A program made the position numbers and the translations under genes. A stretch of DNA of 64,000 nucleotides from Mobula hypostoma (lineage: Eukaryota): NCBI RefSeq assembly GCF_963921235.1, contig NC_086097.1, positions 172,548,001 through 172,612,000 on the forward strand, read 5' to 3'. This document shows, piece after piece, positions 36,262 through 50,106 of this stretch; positions within the stretch are counted from its first letter, which is position 1, and each line of letters starts with the position of its first letter. Below the pieces are notes generated by a model, which made no database searches, was not told the origin of the DNA, and was given only the letters and a program-made list of their open reading frames with translations.

Positions 36262-39200
36262 ATAAGACTATAAGACCATCAGGTATACAAGCACAATTAG
36301 CCCATTTGGTCCATTGAGTCTGCTCCGCCATTCCATCATGGCTGATTTATTATCCATCTCAAACCCATTCTCCTACCTTCTCACTGGAACATTTGGCACC
36401 CTGATTAAGCAAGGACCTATCAGCCTCTGCTTTAAATATATCCCATGACTTGGCCTGCACAACCATCTGTGTCAATGAATTCCAAAGATTCACCACCTTC
36501 TGGCTAAAGAAATGTTTCCTTTTCTCTGTTCTAAATCGATGTCCCTCTATTCTGAGGCAGGGCCCTCTGGTCCCAGACTCCCCTACTATAGGAAACATTC
36601 TCTTTACATCCATTTCATCTAGGCCTTTCAATATTTGCTAAGTTTCAAACAGATTCCCCTTCATTCTTCTAAACTCCAGTGAGTACAGGCCATCAAACAC
36701 TACTCATATGTTAACCCTTTCATTCCTATGATAATTCATTTGGATCTCCTCTGGACCCTATCAATGTCAGCACATCCTTTCTTAGCTAAGAGGCCTGAAA
36801 CTTCTCACAATTCTCTGTGCAGTCTGAACAATGCCTGATAAAGCCTCAGCATTACATTATTGCTCTTGTATTCTAGTCCTCTCAAAATGTATGCTAACAT
36901 TGGATTTGCGTTCCTTATCACCAATTCAGCCTGTAAGTTAACATTTAGGGACTCATATGTGCCTTTGCAACTCTGAATTTTCTCTCCATTTGACATACAA
37001 CATGAGAAGAAGCAGTCCCAACACCGACCCCTATGGAACACCAAGGAAAATCACCGGCAGACAAGCAGAAAAGGCCCATTTTGTTCCCACTCTTTGCCTC
37101 CTGCCTGTCAGCCAATCTTCTATCCATGCTAGTGTAGCCTGGGGAAAAGTACACACGCAGGACAACAAATACTTTTTTCGGGTTTTAATTCCTTTATCTG
37201 TTTTAGACGTTTAAGTGCCAGAAGAGGGTCGCAAAACAAAATGAACGAATTTACAACCAGTTCTTGCCGTTAAAATCTCAGTTTAACTTTCGATCCACAC
37301 CCTTGTGTATGGACAGAATTGCATATGCAGTATAAAAATACCAGAGCTAATACGGTAGTAGCAATCCTGAAGGAACACAATACAAACAACATTAGAATCC
37401 CACCCACCCTGCATCTTATACATAACAGCAAAAAATGTAAGCGAACACATCTCATTCAAGACATACACACATGCTGAACTTCCGAACAGAAACTAGACAT
37501 TCACGTTACGCGGTTACATGCACAATCAGTCCTGATACAATAAAGTTAGACAAAAGGTACACTTTGGCACAACTCTTACATGATATTGCCTGGTAGTTAA
37601 ATTACAGGAAGAATGACATACTTGGCTGGTGAGAAACTTTGCATAAGCCACACTATCCAGCATCGATTTCTTCACTCGTGGAAATCTAAAGCATCCACAT
37701 GTAAAACATGTCAAATTACTGATATTCTCGATTCGCCAACAAGCATAAACGAATTCACATGGATATCGTCAATTAATGCTCACCTTTCCTCAACATGCCC
37801 AGTCTCGGGGAGGAAATCAATTCCAACGCCCCACCAGCGTCTTCAGCAGAAAACAAAATGCTCTCCCCACTATCCAGTGCATGCGTAATGACATTACCGT
37901 CTCCACTTAAAGGCACAGACAACTATTCTAGCATTACCCGGATGGATGCCTATGTACACTTTTAATGATACTGAATAAGATCCAACGGTCACCCGATTAC
38001 ACTAGTATCTTCCCTGTAATAACTTAAGCTCTTATCTTGTGAAGCAGTCTCACATGCAGCAGCTTGCCAAAGGCCTTCTGAAAATCTACATACAAAACAT
38101 CCACTTTTGGCTATCCTGCTTGTTACTTTCTCAAAGAATTCCAACAGATTTTCAGGAAAGATTTCCTTATTAAAAAACTGTGCTGATTCGGGCCTATTTA
38201 ATAATGTGCCTCCAAGTATCCCAAACCTTGATCCTCAGTAATTAACTCCAACATTTTCCCAACCACTGGCTAACTAGTCTATAATTTCCTTTCTTCTGCC
38301 TCCCTCCCTTCTTAAAGAGTGGAGCGATATTTGCAATTTTCCAGTCCTCTGGAGCCATTGCAGAATCTAGTGATTCTCAAAAGATTATTAGTAATACCTC
38401 CACAACTTCTTCAGATACCTCTTTCAAAATCCTGCGGTGTAGACCATCTGGGCCAGAAGACTTATCTACCATCAGACTTTTCACCTTCCCAGGCATCTCC
38501 TCCTAGTAAAGACACTCACTTCTGCCTCCAAACACCCTCACATTTTTGGCATTCTGCTGCTGTCTTCCACAGTGAAAACTGATGCAAAATGCTTATTGTT
38601 TATCCGCCGATTCACTGACCCCCATTTCTACATCGCCAACATAATTTTCCAGCAGTCCAACATCCACTTTCATCTCTCTTTTACTCTTAACATAACTGAA
38701 AAAACTTTGTGTGCCCTCTTTTATATTATTGGCTAGCTAATTTCATCTTTTCTGTTCTTATGGCTTTTTAGCTGACTTCTGTTAGTTTTTAAAAACTTCA
38801 CATTCCTACACATTTTTGTTACGTAATATGCCTTCTCTTTTGCTTTTATGTGGTCTTTGACTTTCTCTGTCATCCACTGTTGCCTCTTCCTACCTTTAGA
38901 ATACTTCTTCATCTTTGGGATGTATCTTTCCTCACCTTCGGAATTCCTTCCGGAAATTCCAGCCATTAGTTTTCTGTTGTCATCCCCGCTAGCCTCCCCT
39001 TCCTATCCATTTTGGCCAGCTCATCTCTCTTGCCTCTGTAATTCCCTTTTACTCCACTGTAATACTAACACATCCGATTTTAGCTTATCCTTTTCAAACT
39101 GCAGGTTGGCTTCTATCACATTATGATCATGCACTCCTCAGGGTTCCTTTACCTTAAACTCTCAAATCAAATTTATATTATTACATAACACCTAATCCAG

Positions 39201-40660
39201 AATTGCCATACCTTTGGTGGGCTTAACCACAAGCTGCTTTAAAAAACCGTCTCGGAGGCATTCTACAAATACCTTCTCTTAAATTCAATACCGACCTGAT
39301 TTTCTCAACCTACTTGCTTATTAAAATTCTCTACCATAATCTCAACATTGCCCTTTTTACATGCCTTTTCTATCTCCCATTGTAATTTGTAGTCCACATC
39401 CTGGCTATTGTCCAGTGGTTTGAATATAATTCCCATCAAGGTCTTTTTACCTTTGAAGTTTCTAAACTCTAACAACAAGGATTCCACATGCCACCTCTTT
39501 CTAAGGATTTGATTTAATTTTTTTTTACCAACAGAGCCACCCCAACCCCTCTGCCTATTTGCTTTATGCTTTTGATACGATGTGTATCCTTGGATGTTAA
39601 GCTCCCAACGATGATCTTCTTTCAGCCACAACTCAATAATGTCCACAACGTCATATCACTAACAATGTCTAACTCTGCTACAAGATCACCTACTTTATTC
39701 TGTATACTACATGCATTCAAATATAACACCTTCAGTTCTGTACTCAGAGCCCTTTTCGATTTTGGCCCACTATTCCAATACACCTCACTGATTGCAATTT
39801 TGCGCTATCATCTGCCTGTCCTTCCTCACAGTCTCACTACACATTGCACCTAATTGTATACCAACTTCAGCCCTGTCATGCTGGCTCACAACCCCCTGCC
39901 AAAGTAGATTAAACCCTCCCTAACAGCTCTAGCAAATGTACCCACAATGATATTGGTCCTCCTTGGGTTCAAGTATAAACCATCCTTTTTGAACAGGTCG
40001 TACCTTCTCCAGAAGAGATCCGAATGACCCAGAAATCTGAAACCCCGGCCCCTGCACCAATACTTCAAGCATGCATTCATCTGCCAAATCATCTTATTCT
40101 TACCCTCACTGGCACACAGCACAGGCAGCAATCCAGAGATTACTACCTTGGACATCCTGCTTTTCAGCTTTCTACCTAATGCCCTATATTCTCTTTTCAG
40201 GACCTCCCCCTTTTCCTACCTATATTATTGGTACCAATATATATCACAGCTTCTGGCTATTCATCCTGCACATTTAGAATGCTGTGAACCTGATCTGAGA
40301 CACCCCTGACCCTGGCACCTGGGAGGCAACATACCATCCCGGTGTCTCTTTCACGTTCACAGAGGCTGCTGTCTGCTCCTCTAATCATGGAACTGCCCAT
40401 CACTGCTGTTTTCCTCTGCTCCTCCCTTCCCTTCCAAGCTACAGAGAGACTCAGTGCCAGAGATCAGGTCACTGCCGCCTCCCCCGGCAGGTCGGCCTGC
40501 CCAGCAGCATTCAAAGTGGTAGATTTATTATTGAGGGGAACAGCCACAGGAACACTCTGCCCTGGTGCCTATTCCCTTGCCCTCTCCTGACAGTCACCCA
40601 GTCATGCTGACCTCCCTGTAGCTTCTGTCTATCACATCCTCATCCAGCTGCAACTCCAGT
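36262..40660 (-). mobile_element. Degenerate, internally deleted near-full-length CR1 (ORF1 esterase, EN, RT pieces)
   Basis: SKVVISGLLPV...LYLNPRRTNII (39886-40155); WLKEDHRWELNIQGY; FFSQKVVNLWNSL; colinear with 50007-54000. Confidence 0.85.
37133..38001. mobile_element. 869-bp TG...CA element, probable solo LTR
   Basis: Termini tgtag...ttaca; perfect 4-bp TSD ctag at 37129-37132 and 38002-38005; host CR1 ccatgctagtatctt is restored on removal; no ORF. Confidence 0.75.
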
Positions 40661-40939
40661 TCCTTAAGTATATGCTGGAAATAGTTTCCAGGTCAGGCAT
40701 CAGCTGTGGAAAGAGAAACAAAATTAATGTATCAGGTTAACCAGTTGTCAGTTGGAAGAATTGTTAGTAATCAACAGAATGGTGGGGAGAATTAGGAGAT
40801 GGTGTAGGTCAGGATACGGTGGAGACAAGAAACTAAATGACATAGCAGTTATAAATACAAGAGATTCTGCAGATGCTTTGCTAGCCAGGGAAAATGTCAG
40901 TGCTCAGTCTGGAGAGCTCAGCTAGCGGTCCTTTGTGAA

Positions 40940-43910
40940 TGGTACTGAGAAATAAGAAAGGTATAACCACATCTACAGGGCTATATTATAGACCACACAG
41001 CAGTTCGCAGGATTTAAAGGAAGAAATTTGTAGAGAGATCACACTGTTGCAAGAAACATACGGTTGTGATAGTAGGTGATTGTAAGTTTCCACATATTGA
41101 CTCGGACTCCCATACTGTAAAACGACTAGATGAGATAGAGTTGTCAAGTGTGTTAACAGAAACGTGACAGAACTTCGTGTAGGGGAACACTGCATCTCAT
41201 GATCATAATGCCATTAGTTTAAAGATAATTATGGAAAAGGATAGGTCTGGTCCTCAGGTTGAGATTCTAAATTGGAGAAAGGCCAATTTTGGTGGTGTCA
41301 GAAAGGATATGGCAAGTGTGGATTGGGACAGACAGTTTTTTGGCAAAGGTGTAGTTGGTAAGTGGAAGGCCTTCGAAAGTGAAAATTTGAGAGTACAAAG
41401 CCCATCAGAGTAAAATACAAGGATAACAGGTTTAGGGAACATTGGTTTTTGAGAGATGTTGAGCCCCCAGTTAAGAAACAAAGAAGGTGCATACCAGATA
41501 TAGGCAGGTAGGAACAAATGAGGTACTTAAGAATGATAAGAAATGCGAGAAAACACTTACGAGGTGAAGGAGAATCCTTAGGCCTTCTACAGGTATGTTA
41601 AAGGAAAAAGGATTAAATTCAATTTGTTTAATTGTCATTTAACCACATATGAATACTCATGAGTCCAGCCAAACGAGACAGCGTTACTACGGGGTGAAGG
41701 TGCAAAAACACATAACCAACAGTCACACACAGTAAGCACACACAAGATCACAGTCACGTAATTAGTGTCCTGAGGCCCACCTCCCTCCAGCCCCCTCCCC
41801 ACAACACCGCTGCTTGATGCTTATAAGTCAACAAACGCATATAAAGTATCGGCAAAAAATACGATGCAGAATTTGTAAATATTTATAGTCCAGACTCCCC
41901 TAGATAACTGATATCATCTATCGACTGGACCTCGATGCCCGCCAGGCAACACCATGGCTTTGAGACCCAGTCCTCGTCCCAACACCGGACTCCCGCGAGG
42001 CAAATCCGTGGCTTTGAGTCCCTGACCTTGCATATACAGGCATATAAAGAATATTAGTAAAAACGCATCCAGGTACGTATATAGTCCAGACCCCTCAGTC
42101 CATTTCAAACCTTCAGTTGCCACAACTGTGCTTCGCCACCCCTGGGTGAGCACAATGGCTCAGTGCCTGAAAAGTAAACGATGCCGCAGCGTGAGGCCTG
42201 AATCCATTGAGTACCACTAAAAAATCTGCAGTCAGCCACAAAAGAGCTTGTCTTCTGCCGAGCAAAACTCTGGGAGGGCAGCTCCGACTCCATTCTGGAC
42301 ACCGTGGCACACCACCCCCGGTGAAGCACAACGGCTTCATCACCTCACTCCGGGTGGCTGCAAACAGGCTTCAGGCCTCCGGGTGGCTTCAGGCCTCATC
42401 CCTGCTATGACCAAGGACTAAGCCCTCTTCATCTGCTCCTGTCCACATCCAATAAATCAGCTAATCGAACTGATGCCATACCAGATTGACAATGTCTAAA
42501 GGGGTCTTGCATTCACAAGAAAAATGACCATGATGGCCACTTGCTCAGGCAGCAGCACACTGCACAGCTCCTTCATTATCTCTGCCAGTGAGCACCTCGC
42601 TGATGGTGTAGACCCGCAGTCATCTCAAGATCATTAGATGTACGTTTCAGTAGAACAGTAGCACCTTTTGTCGATGCTGTAGAAGCTGCTGCGACCAGCC
42701 ACACCGCCACCTTGACAGAAGGGGCAAAATTCGTCCTCTGGAAGATCGGAATGGTAAACCTTACGTGGAGCCAAAAGAGATGGGGGAGATTTTAGATGGA
42801 TTTTTTGCCTCTGTATTTGATTGGGGGCCAGATACTGAGTCGATAGAAGTGAGGCAAAGCCGTAGTGAGGTCAGGGACCCTATTCAGATTGGAGAGGAGG
42901 AGGTGTTTGCTGTCCTGAGGCAAATCTAGGTGGACAAATCCCCAGGGCCTGATAAGGTGTCCCCTCGGGCCCTACAGGAGACAAGTGCAGAAATTGCAGG
43001 GGCCCTAACAGAGATATTTAGATCATCCTTAGCAACAGGTGAGGTATCAGAGGACTGGAGGATAGCTAATGTTGTCCCACTGTTTAAGAAAGGCTTCAAG
43101 AATAAACCAGGAAATCATAGGCTGGTGAGCCTGACTTCAGTAGTGGGAAAGTAGTTGGAAGGTAATCTAAGGGATCAGAAATGTGAGTATTTGGATAGAC
43201 AGGGACTGATCATGGCTTTGTGTGTGGTAGGTCGCGACCAACCCATTCTATAGAGTATTCAGGGAAGTGACCAGGAAAGCTGATGAAGGCAAGGCAGTGA
43301 ACGTTGTCTACATGGACTTCAGCAAGGCCTTTGACAAAGCCCTGCATGGGAAGCACGTCAAGATGGTTCAGTCACTTGGCATTTAAAATGAGGCTGTAAA
43401 TTGGATTAGCCATTGGCTTTGCAGCAGAAGCCAGAGATTGGTAGTAGATGGTTGCCTCTCTGACTGGAGACCCGTGACTAGTCAGTAGCTGCAGGGGTCT
43501 GTGCAGGGTCTGTGGTTGCTTGTCATCTACATCAATGACCTGCATGACAATGTGGTTAACTGAATCAGCAATCTTGCGGAAGGCACCAAGATTAGGAGTG
43601 CAGTGAAGAGTGAGGAAGACTATCAAAGCTTGCCACAGGGTCTGGACCAGCTGGGAAAATAGGCTGAAAGGTGGAAATGAATGCGGACAAGTGTGAGGTG
43701 TTGCATTTTCAGAGGACCAAGCAGGGTAGGTCTTACGCACTGAGCAGTAGGGCAAAGAGTGAGGTAGAACAAAGGGATCTGTGAATACAGTTCCCCAGTT
43801 CATTGAAAGTTGCATCAGAAGTAGATAGGGTTCTAAAGAAAGCTTTTGGCAAATTGGTCTTCATAAATCAAAGTACTGAGCTCAGGAGTTAGGATGTTAT
43901 GTTGAAGTTA
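40940..43910 (+). mobile_element. Degenerate CR1 ORF2, same subfamily as 11910-15259
   Basis: EILNWRKANF, DKSPGPDKV and WRIANVVPLFKKG; interrupted at about 41615-42720. Confidence 0.8.
41615..42720 (-). mobile_element. Non-coding retroposon inserted in CR1
   Basis: LINE-like 3' UTR end (tttaattgtcatt) on the left; GC-rich 5' end cttctgtcaaggtggcgg on the minus strand; internal short direct repeats (ggctttgag.ccc, atagtccagac.ccc). Confidence 0.5.
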
Positions 43911-43914
43911 AGAG

Positions 43915-44166
43915 AGTGGTGAGATTCCTCACCTGCCCCTCCTTCTTCTCTTTCTCCTATGCTCCATTCTCCTGTCCTATCATATTCCTTTTTCTCCAGC
44001 CCTTTATCTTGCCCACCCACCTTGTTACACAGATCACCTTCTAGCTAATCCCGCTTCCCCTCCCTCCACCTTTTTGATTCTGACACTTTCCCCCTTCCTT
44101 TTCAGCCCTGAAGAAGGATCTCAGCCCAAAATATCAACTGTTTGTTCATTTCCATCGATGCTGCCT
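43915..44166 (+). mobile_element. Penelope pLTR fragment with decayed hammerhead
   Basis: cagccctgaagaaggatctcagcccaaaatatcaactg follows a pyrimidine-rich tract homologous to 16000-16280. Confidence 0.7.
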
Positions 44167-44167
44167 A

Positions 44168-46094
44168 TCAGGATCTCAGAAGCAATCTAGGTAATGATAG
44201 AGATCTAGAAGCTTATAAGGCCAGCAGGAAGGAGCTCAAGAAAGAAATTAAGAGAGCCAGAAGGAACCATAAGAAGGCCTTGGCGGAGAGGATTAAGGAA
44301 AACCCCAAGGCGTACTACAAGTATGTGAAGAGCAAGAGGATAAGACGTGATGAGAATAGGACCAATCAAGTGTGGCAGTGGAAAAGAGCGTATGGAACCG
44401 GAGGAGATAGCGGATGTACTTAATGAATACTTTGCTTCAGTATTCACTACAGAAGAGGATCTTGGCAATTGTAGGGATAACTTGCAGCGGACTGAAAAGT
44501 TTGAGCATTAATAAAGACGATGTGCTGGAGCTTTTGGAAAGCATCAAGCTGGATAAGTCACGGAGACCGGATGAGATATACCCCAGGCTACTGTGGGAGG
44601 CGAGGGAAGAGATTGCTGAGCCTCTGGCAATGATCTTTGCATCATCAATGGGGACGGGAGAGGTTCCAGAGGATTTGAGGGCTGCAGATGTTCTCCATTA
44701 TACAAGAAAAGGAGTAGAGCTAGCCCAGGAAATTATAGACCAGTGAGTCTTACCTCAGTGGTTGGTAAGTTGATGGAGAAGATCCTGAGAGACAGGATTT
44801 ATGAACATTTGGAGAGGCATAATATGTTTCGGAATAGTCAGCAGGGCTTTGTCAAAGGCAGGTCGTGCCTTACAAGCCTGATTGATTATTTTGAGGATGT
44901 GACTAAACACATTGATGAAGGTAGAGCAGTAGATGTAGCGTATATGGATTTCAGCAAGGCATTTGTTAAGGTACTCCATACAAGGCTTATTGAGAAAGTA
45001 AGGAGGCATGGGATCCAAGGGGACCTTGCTTTGTGGATCCAGAACTGGCTTGCCCACAGAAGGCGTAGAGTGTTTATAGACGGGTCATATTCTGCATGGA
45101 GGTTGGTGACCAGTGGTATGCCTCAGGGATCTGTTCTGGGACCTCTTCTCTTTGTGATTTTTATTAATGACTTAGATGAGGAAGTGGAGGGATGGGTTAG
45201 TAAATTTGCTCTTGACACAAAGGTTGGGGCTGTTGTGGATAGTGTGGAGGGCTGTCAGTGGTTACAGCAGAACATTGATAGGATGCAAGACTGGACTGAG
45301 AAGTAGCAGATGGAGTTCAACTCAGATAAGTGTGAGGTGGTTCATTTTGGTAGGTCAAACATGATGGCAGAATATAGTATTAATGATAAGACTCTTGGTA
45401 GTGTGGAGGATCAGAGGGATCTTGGGGTCCATGTCCATAGGACACTCACAGCTGCTGCGCAGGTTTACCATGTGGTTAAGAAGGCATATGGTGCATTGGG
45501 ATTGAGTTCAAGAGCCAAGAGGTGATGTTACAGCTGTATGGGACCCTGGTCAGATCCCACTTGGAGTACTGTGCTCAGTTCTGGTCACCTCACTACAGGA
45601 AGGATGTGGAAACTATAGAAAGGGTGCAGAGGAGATTTACAAGGATGTTGCCTAGATTGGGAAGCATGCCTTACGAGAATAGGTTGAGTGAACTTGGCCA
45701 TTTCTCCTTGGAGCGACGGAGGGTGAGAGGTGACCTGATAGATTGTATAAAATGATGAGCGGCATTGATCATATGGGAACTCAGAGGCTTCTTCCCAGGG
45801 CTGAAATGGCTAGCACAAGAGGGCACAGTTTTAAGGTGCTTGGAAGCAGGCACAGAGGAGATGTCAGGGGAAAGCTTTTTATGTGGAGAGTGGTGAGTGC
45901 GTGGAATGGGCTGCCAGGGACGGTGGTGGAGGCGGATACAGTGGGGTCTTTTAATAGACTCCTGGATAGATACATGGAGCTTAGGAAAATAGAGGGCTGT
46001 GGGTAACCCTAGGTAATTTCTAAAGTAAGTACATGTTCGGCACAGCATTGTGGGCAGAAGTGCCTGTATGGTGCTGTAGGTTTTCTATGTTTCT
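44168..46094 (+). mobile_element. 5'-truncated CR1 (RT and 3' UTR)
   Basis: GRSCLTSL, MDFSKAF, GMPQGSVLGPLLF, FALD (mutated FADD), HLEYCAQFWSPH; tttctatg terminal repeats. Confidence 0.9.
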
Positions 46095-46104
46095 AAGCAT
46101 CCAG

Positions 46105-47461
46105 TGACCATATGATCTCTGTCTTGGAGGCCGACGTCAGAAGATTTTTCAGGTGAGTGTTCCCTCACAAGATGTCTGGCCCCAATGGTATACCAGCTAT
46201 GGTTCTGAAAACCTATGCCAATCAACTGGTGGGTGTGTTCAAAGACATTTTCAAACTTTTATTGCTACAGTTGGAAATTTCCACTTGCTTCAAAATGACA
46301 ACAATCATACCAATGCCCAAGCCAGGCCTGAACAAAGAGTTACAGAACCTCGGCCTCAAAGATGAAAAAATCTGCGGACGCTGGAAATCCAAGCCACACA
46401 CACAGAATGCTAGAGGAACTCAGCTGGCCAGGCAGCATCTACAGAAAAGAATAAACAGTCGGCACTTCGGGGCAAGACCCTTCATCAGGCCTCTGTACTT
46501 CACTCTGCAACTGAATTCTTGACTTCCTCACTGGAAGACCATAGACTGTGTGGATTGGAAATAACACCTCCGTTTTGCTGTTAATCAATACTGGTGCATT
46601 TCAAGGATGTGTGCTTAGCCCACTGCTCTACTCTCTGTACACCCATGACTGTGCGGCTAGCCACAGCTCAAATCCCACCTATAAATTTGCTATCTATTAT
46701 TGGCAAACCACACAAAATGCTGGAGGAACTCAGCAGGCCAGGCAGCATCTATGTATAGTCGATGTTTTGGGACGAAACCCTTCAGCAGAACTGGAGAAAA
46801 AGAAACTGAGTAGATTTGAAAGGTGGGGGGAGGGGAGAGAGAAATGCCAGGCGATAGGTGAAACTTGGAGAGGGAGGGAACTTTTTCTTCCATCAGTTTT
46901 TCCCATCACTGCAAGATGTTTGAACTTCTCTTTCCTCAGTACCTGTCCCAGAAATTCCAGTTCCATTTCCTGATTGATGATATCAACTCTCTTCTTATTT
47001 TGGCTTTTCACAACACTTATTCATTTGTCACGCTGTTGCTCTGGGGCCACTGCACAGGATCGAAATAAGCTGCCAAAAGCTGTAAAATCAGTCAGCACCA
47101 TCATGGGCACTAGCCTCCCCAGCATCCAGGACATCTTCAAGGAGCGATGCCTTAGCAAGGTGGCATCCATCATTAAGGACCTCCATCTCCCAGGACATGC
47201 CCTCTTTTCATTTCTACCATCTGGGAGGAGATACAGGAGCCAAAAGGCACACGGTCAACAATTCAGGAATAGCTTCTTCCCCTTTGCCATCAGATTTTTG
47301 AATGAACATTGAACCCATAAACACTTTATTTCATTTAACATTTTAATATATATACTTCTTACTATAACTTACACTTATTATTATGCATTGCCATGTACTG
47401 CTCCCACATAACATCAAATTTCACAACATATGTCAATGATATTAAACCTGATTCTGATTCT
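46105..47461 (+). mobile_element. Rex/Babar-type LINE, internally deleted, with Penelope-derived inserts
   Basis: [30 protein letters not shown]; (ctgatt)n terminus; inserts at 46358-46487 and about 46704-46878. Confidence 0.75.
46358..46487 (-). mobile_element. 130-bp Penelope pLTR-derived insert with mutated hammerhead
   Basis: TSD ggcctc at 46352-46357 and 46488-46493. Minus strand cctgatgaagggtcttgccccgaagtgccgactg (GAAA and GUC mutated). Confidence 0.75.
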
Positions 47462-48002
47462 GACCTGCTGAGTTCCTCCAGCATTTTATGGCTGTTGACA
47501 TTAGTGTTATCCACAAAGGGAGGAGCTGTTAATCACAGCTCATCCCTCTGGAAGAGGTGTAAATGGAAGGATATGTATGAAGTCAAAGGAAGCAGAGAAA
47601 AACAACCTTGAAAAGCCTTGCTCTGATCATAAGACTGCTCAAAAATCAGTTTTAACCAGACATTAGACAATTTCTTTGGATGAAACATCCTGGAGAAATA
47701 GAGAGCATGTTGTCATGACACCACGTTCCTTAACTGTCTATCTCCTTGCTGTACACTGACTGACCATTATTTGAGATACGGCCCACTACAATGGTATTAT
47801 CTGCAAACTTGAACCAAGCATGAGGTTTCCAAGTAATATCCAGTATTGTTAGTGGGACTACTTGGTTGCACACTTCAATCAGAACTAAATTTAACAGTGA
47901 GAAGTTGGCATGCCACTTGTGGTGCTTAATGCTGCATTATGGTTACCCTCCCAGTTGGAGACGAGGGTGTGAAATTATACCCCACCCCCACCTGCAAGGT
48001 TA

Positions 48003-48503
48003 AGGCTGATTCATACTTGTGCGTCAAATGAACGCCGTAGCCTACACAAGTGGCCTACGTGCGTTGTGAGCATTTATACTTGTACGTAGGTGTATCTACA
48101 TCGCTCTGCAATTCGGGCATGTTGCGCATGCTCACACACCTCCCCGCACAAGGCTTCATGGTCATGGTAGTCTTCTCGGGGTAAACAAGTTTAAAGCAAG
48201 TGTCTGTTTTCGTAAAAGCGTAATGTGTCCTCCATAATTTCGGAGGTCTGTAAACCTTTATGGAAAGCATTGCAGCCAGAGTTCCTTCCCTGCCCTTCAG
48301 TCGCCCAATGGGAAGCTATTGCAGCGCAGGAGGAAATGCATTGCTACCAAGCGGACCAATCACAGTTTGGTCTACGTTTCCGCGACACGTAGTTACATTT
48401 TAGGAGAGGTGCGCGTCAGGCTACGGCGTAGGGATCTGCGTGGGCTCTGCTTAGGATTCGCGGCGATGCGGCGTTGAATTGATGCAGAGGTATAAATCAG
48501 CCT
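48003..48503. mobile_element. PIF/Harbinger-type MITE (501 bp)
   Basis: About 25-bp imperfect TIRs aggctgattcatacttgtgcgtcaa / ttgatgcagaggtataaatcagcct; 3-bp TSD tta/tta; CpG-rich interior. Confidence 0.85.
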
Positions 48504-48656
48504 TTAGAGTCAGGACAGTAAGCTAATGAATGTTTTCTTAATGCTTAAAACAACAGCAGACTGCTCAAAGATGAAGTCTATTGTCCCTACCACCACCATC
48601 TGCATCCCTGGGTTGAAACTGCTCGCAACCGCACACCAGCACCATCAATACTCATG

Positions 48657-48870
48657 GCAACACACACAAAATCCTGGAGGAACTCGACAGCTCAGGGAGC
48701 ATCTATGGAAAAAGTTAAACAGTTGATATTTTAGGTCGAGATCCTTCATCAATCCTAATGAAAAGTCTCAGCCCAAAACGTCAGCTGGTTACTCTTTTCC
48801 ACTGAGTTCCTCCAACGTTTTGTGTGCGTTGCTTGAATTTCCAGTATCTGCAGAATTTCTCGTGTCTGTG
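48657..48870. mobile_element. Palindromic head-to-head Penelope-derived insert (214 bp)
   Basis: Perfect 15-bp TSD ccatcaatactcatg at 48642-48656 and 48871-48885; two inverted units joined at about 48752, at the 5' edge of decayed hammerhead motifs. Confidence 0.85.
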
Positions 48871-50106
48871 CCATCAATACTCATGTAAAATTCACCGAGG
48901 ACACAGAGATGGCCAGCTTATGTTTCAGAATTAGATTGACTTCAGTGATCCTTTGAAGACAGAGATAAATTATTCGGCAAGCAGAAAGCAGTGGACTTAA
49001 TTAGTGTGGATTTTCCTTCAGGAATTTATAAACACATACATAAATCAAGGAAGTTAGGAATAATGGGAATTGATGGCATTAGCTGGATAGATTGAAAAAC
49101 GACGAAGGTTGTGGCTGTTGAACCATTGAAACCTGGAGGGCATACCTGGGGTCAGCAATACTCAGACGAGGTCCAGGACCCAGAGGGAGGGGAGCCTAGC
49201 TTCTAGAGAAACCAGAGTCACTGAAAGCGAGGAGCTTACATTCCAAAAGAATTAAGGTGTTCTTGCAAGGGCCATAGATGCTCTGTAGGAGACTAAGGCT
49301 CAATTAACTGGAAATGGAGTGATGAAACAAGAGGGAGTTTTAGATTGCCAGAGCTTGGAGTCCCTGGTGTCGGAAAGGTGGCTTAATAATTAATTGTCAA
49401 CCCCCACCATAGTGGTTTGTTTACATAGGATTAAACTATTGATCCAGTGATCTAGGGGCTTTGTTTAATAGTCTGCATGTTCCAATCCTATCATGTCAGC
49501 TCTGGATAAATATCAATACAAAATTGGCATCAATCGAGGCAAGCATGAAATTACCAATCGCATGAAAGCTAGCAGGTTATGTAGACCAATAATTAGTAAA
49601 TCCAAGCCCTTATAAACAATTTGTAAATTGGTAAGTGTGTTGATAATTGTCGTATGTATTGAAGTATAGGGGCAGGTCATTTCATCACAACAGTACGTTA
49701 AGGTAGTACAAAATAATTCAATAACAGAATGCAGAATAAAGTGTTACATTTACAGAGGAAACGCAGAGCAAGCAGGCAGTAAGGTGCAAGCCATAACAAG
49801 GTAGATTGTGAGGTCAAGTATTCATCTTATGTCAGCAGCCTGACAGTGAAACAGTGGGATAGAAGCTGTCCTTGAGCCTGGTGGTACATGCTTTCAGGTT
49901 TTTCTATCTACTGCCCAATGGGAAGGTGGGGGGGGGGGGGAAGGAAGTGAAGTAACCTCCTTGTTTTTATGGAATACAAAAGCAAAGAAATTATACTGAA
50001 TCACAAATAAGACCATAAGACCATAAGAGAAAGGAGCAGAAGTAGGCCATTCGGCCCACTGAGTCTGCTCCGCCATTTTATCATGAACTGATTCATTTTA
50101 TCCTAT

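Noticed and set aside
49926..49941. Poly-G runs (also 1150-1161 and 57149-57161)
   Set aside because: Simple homopolymers of uncertain length; no functional evidence.
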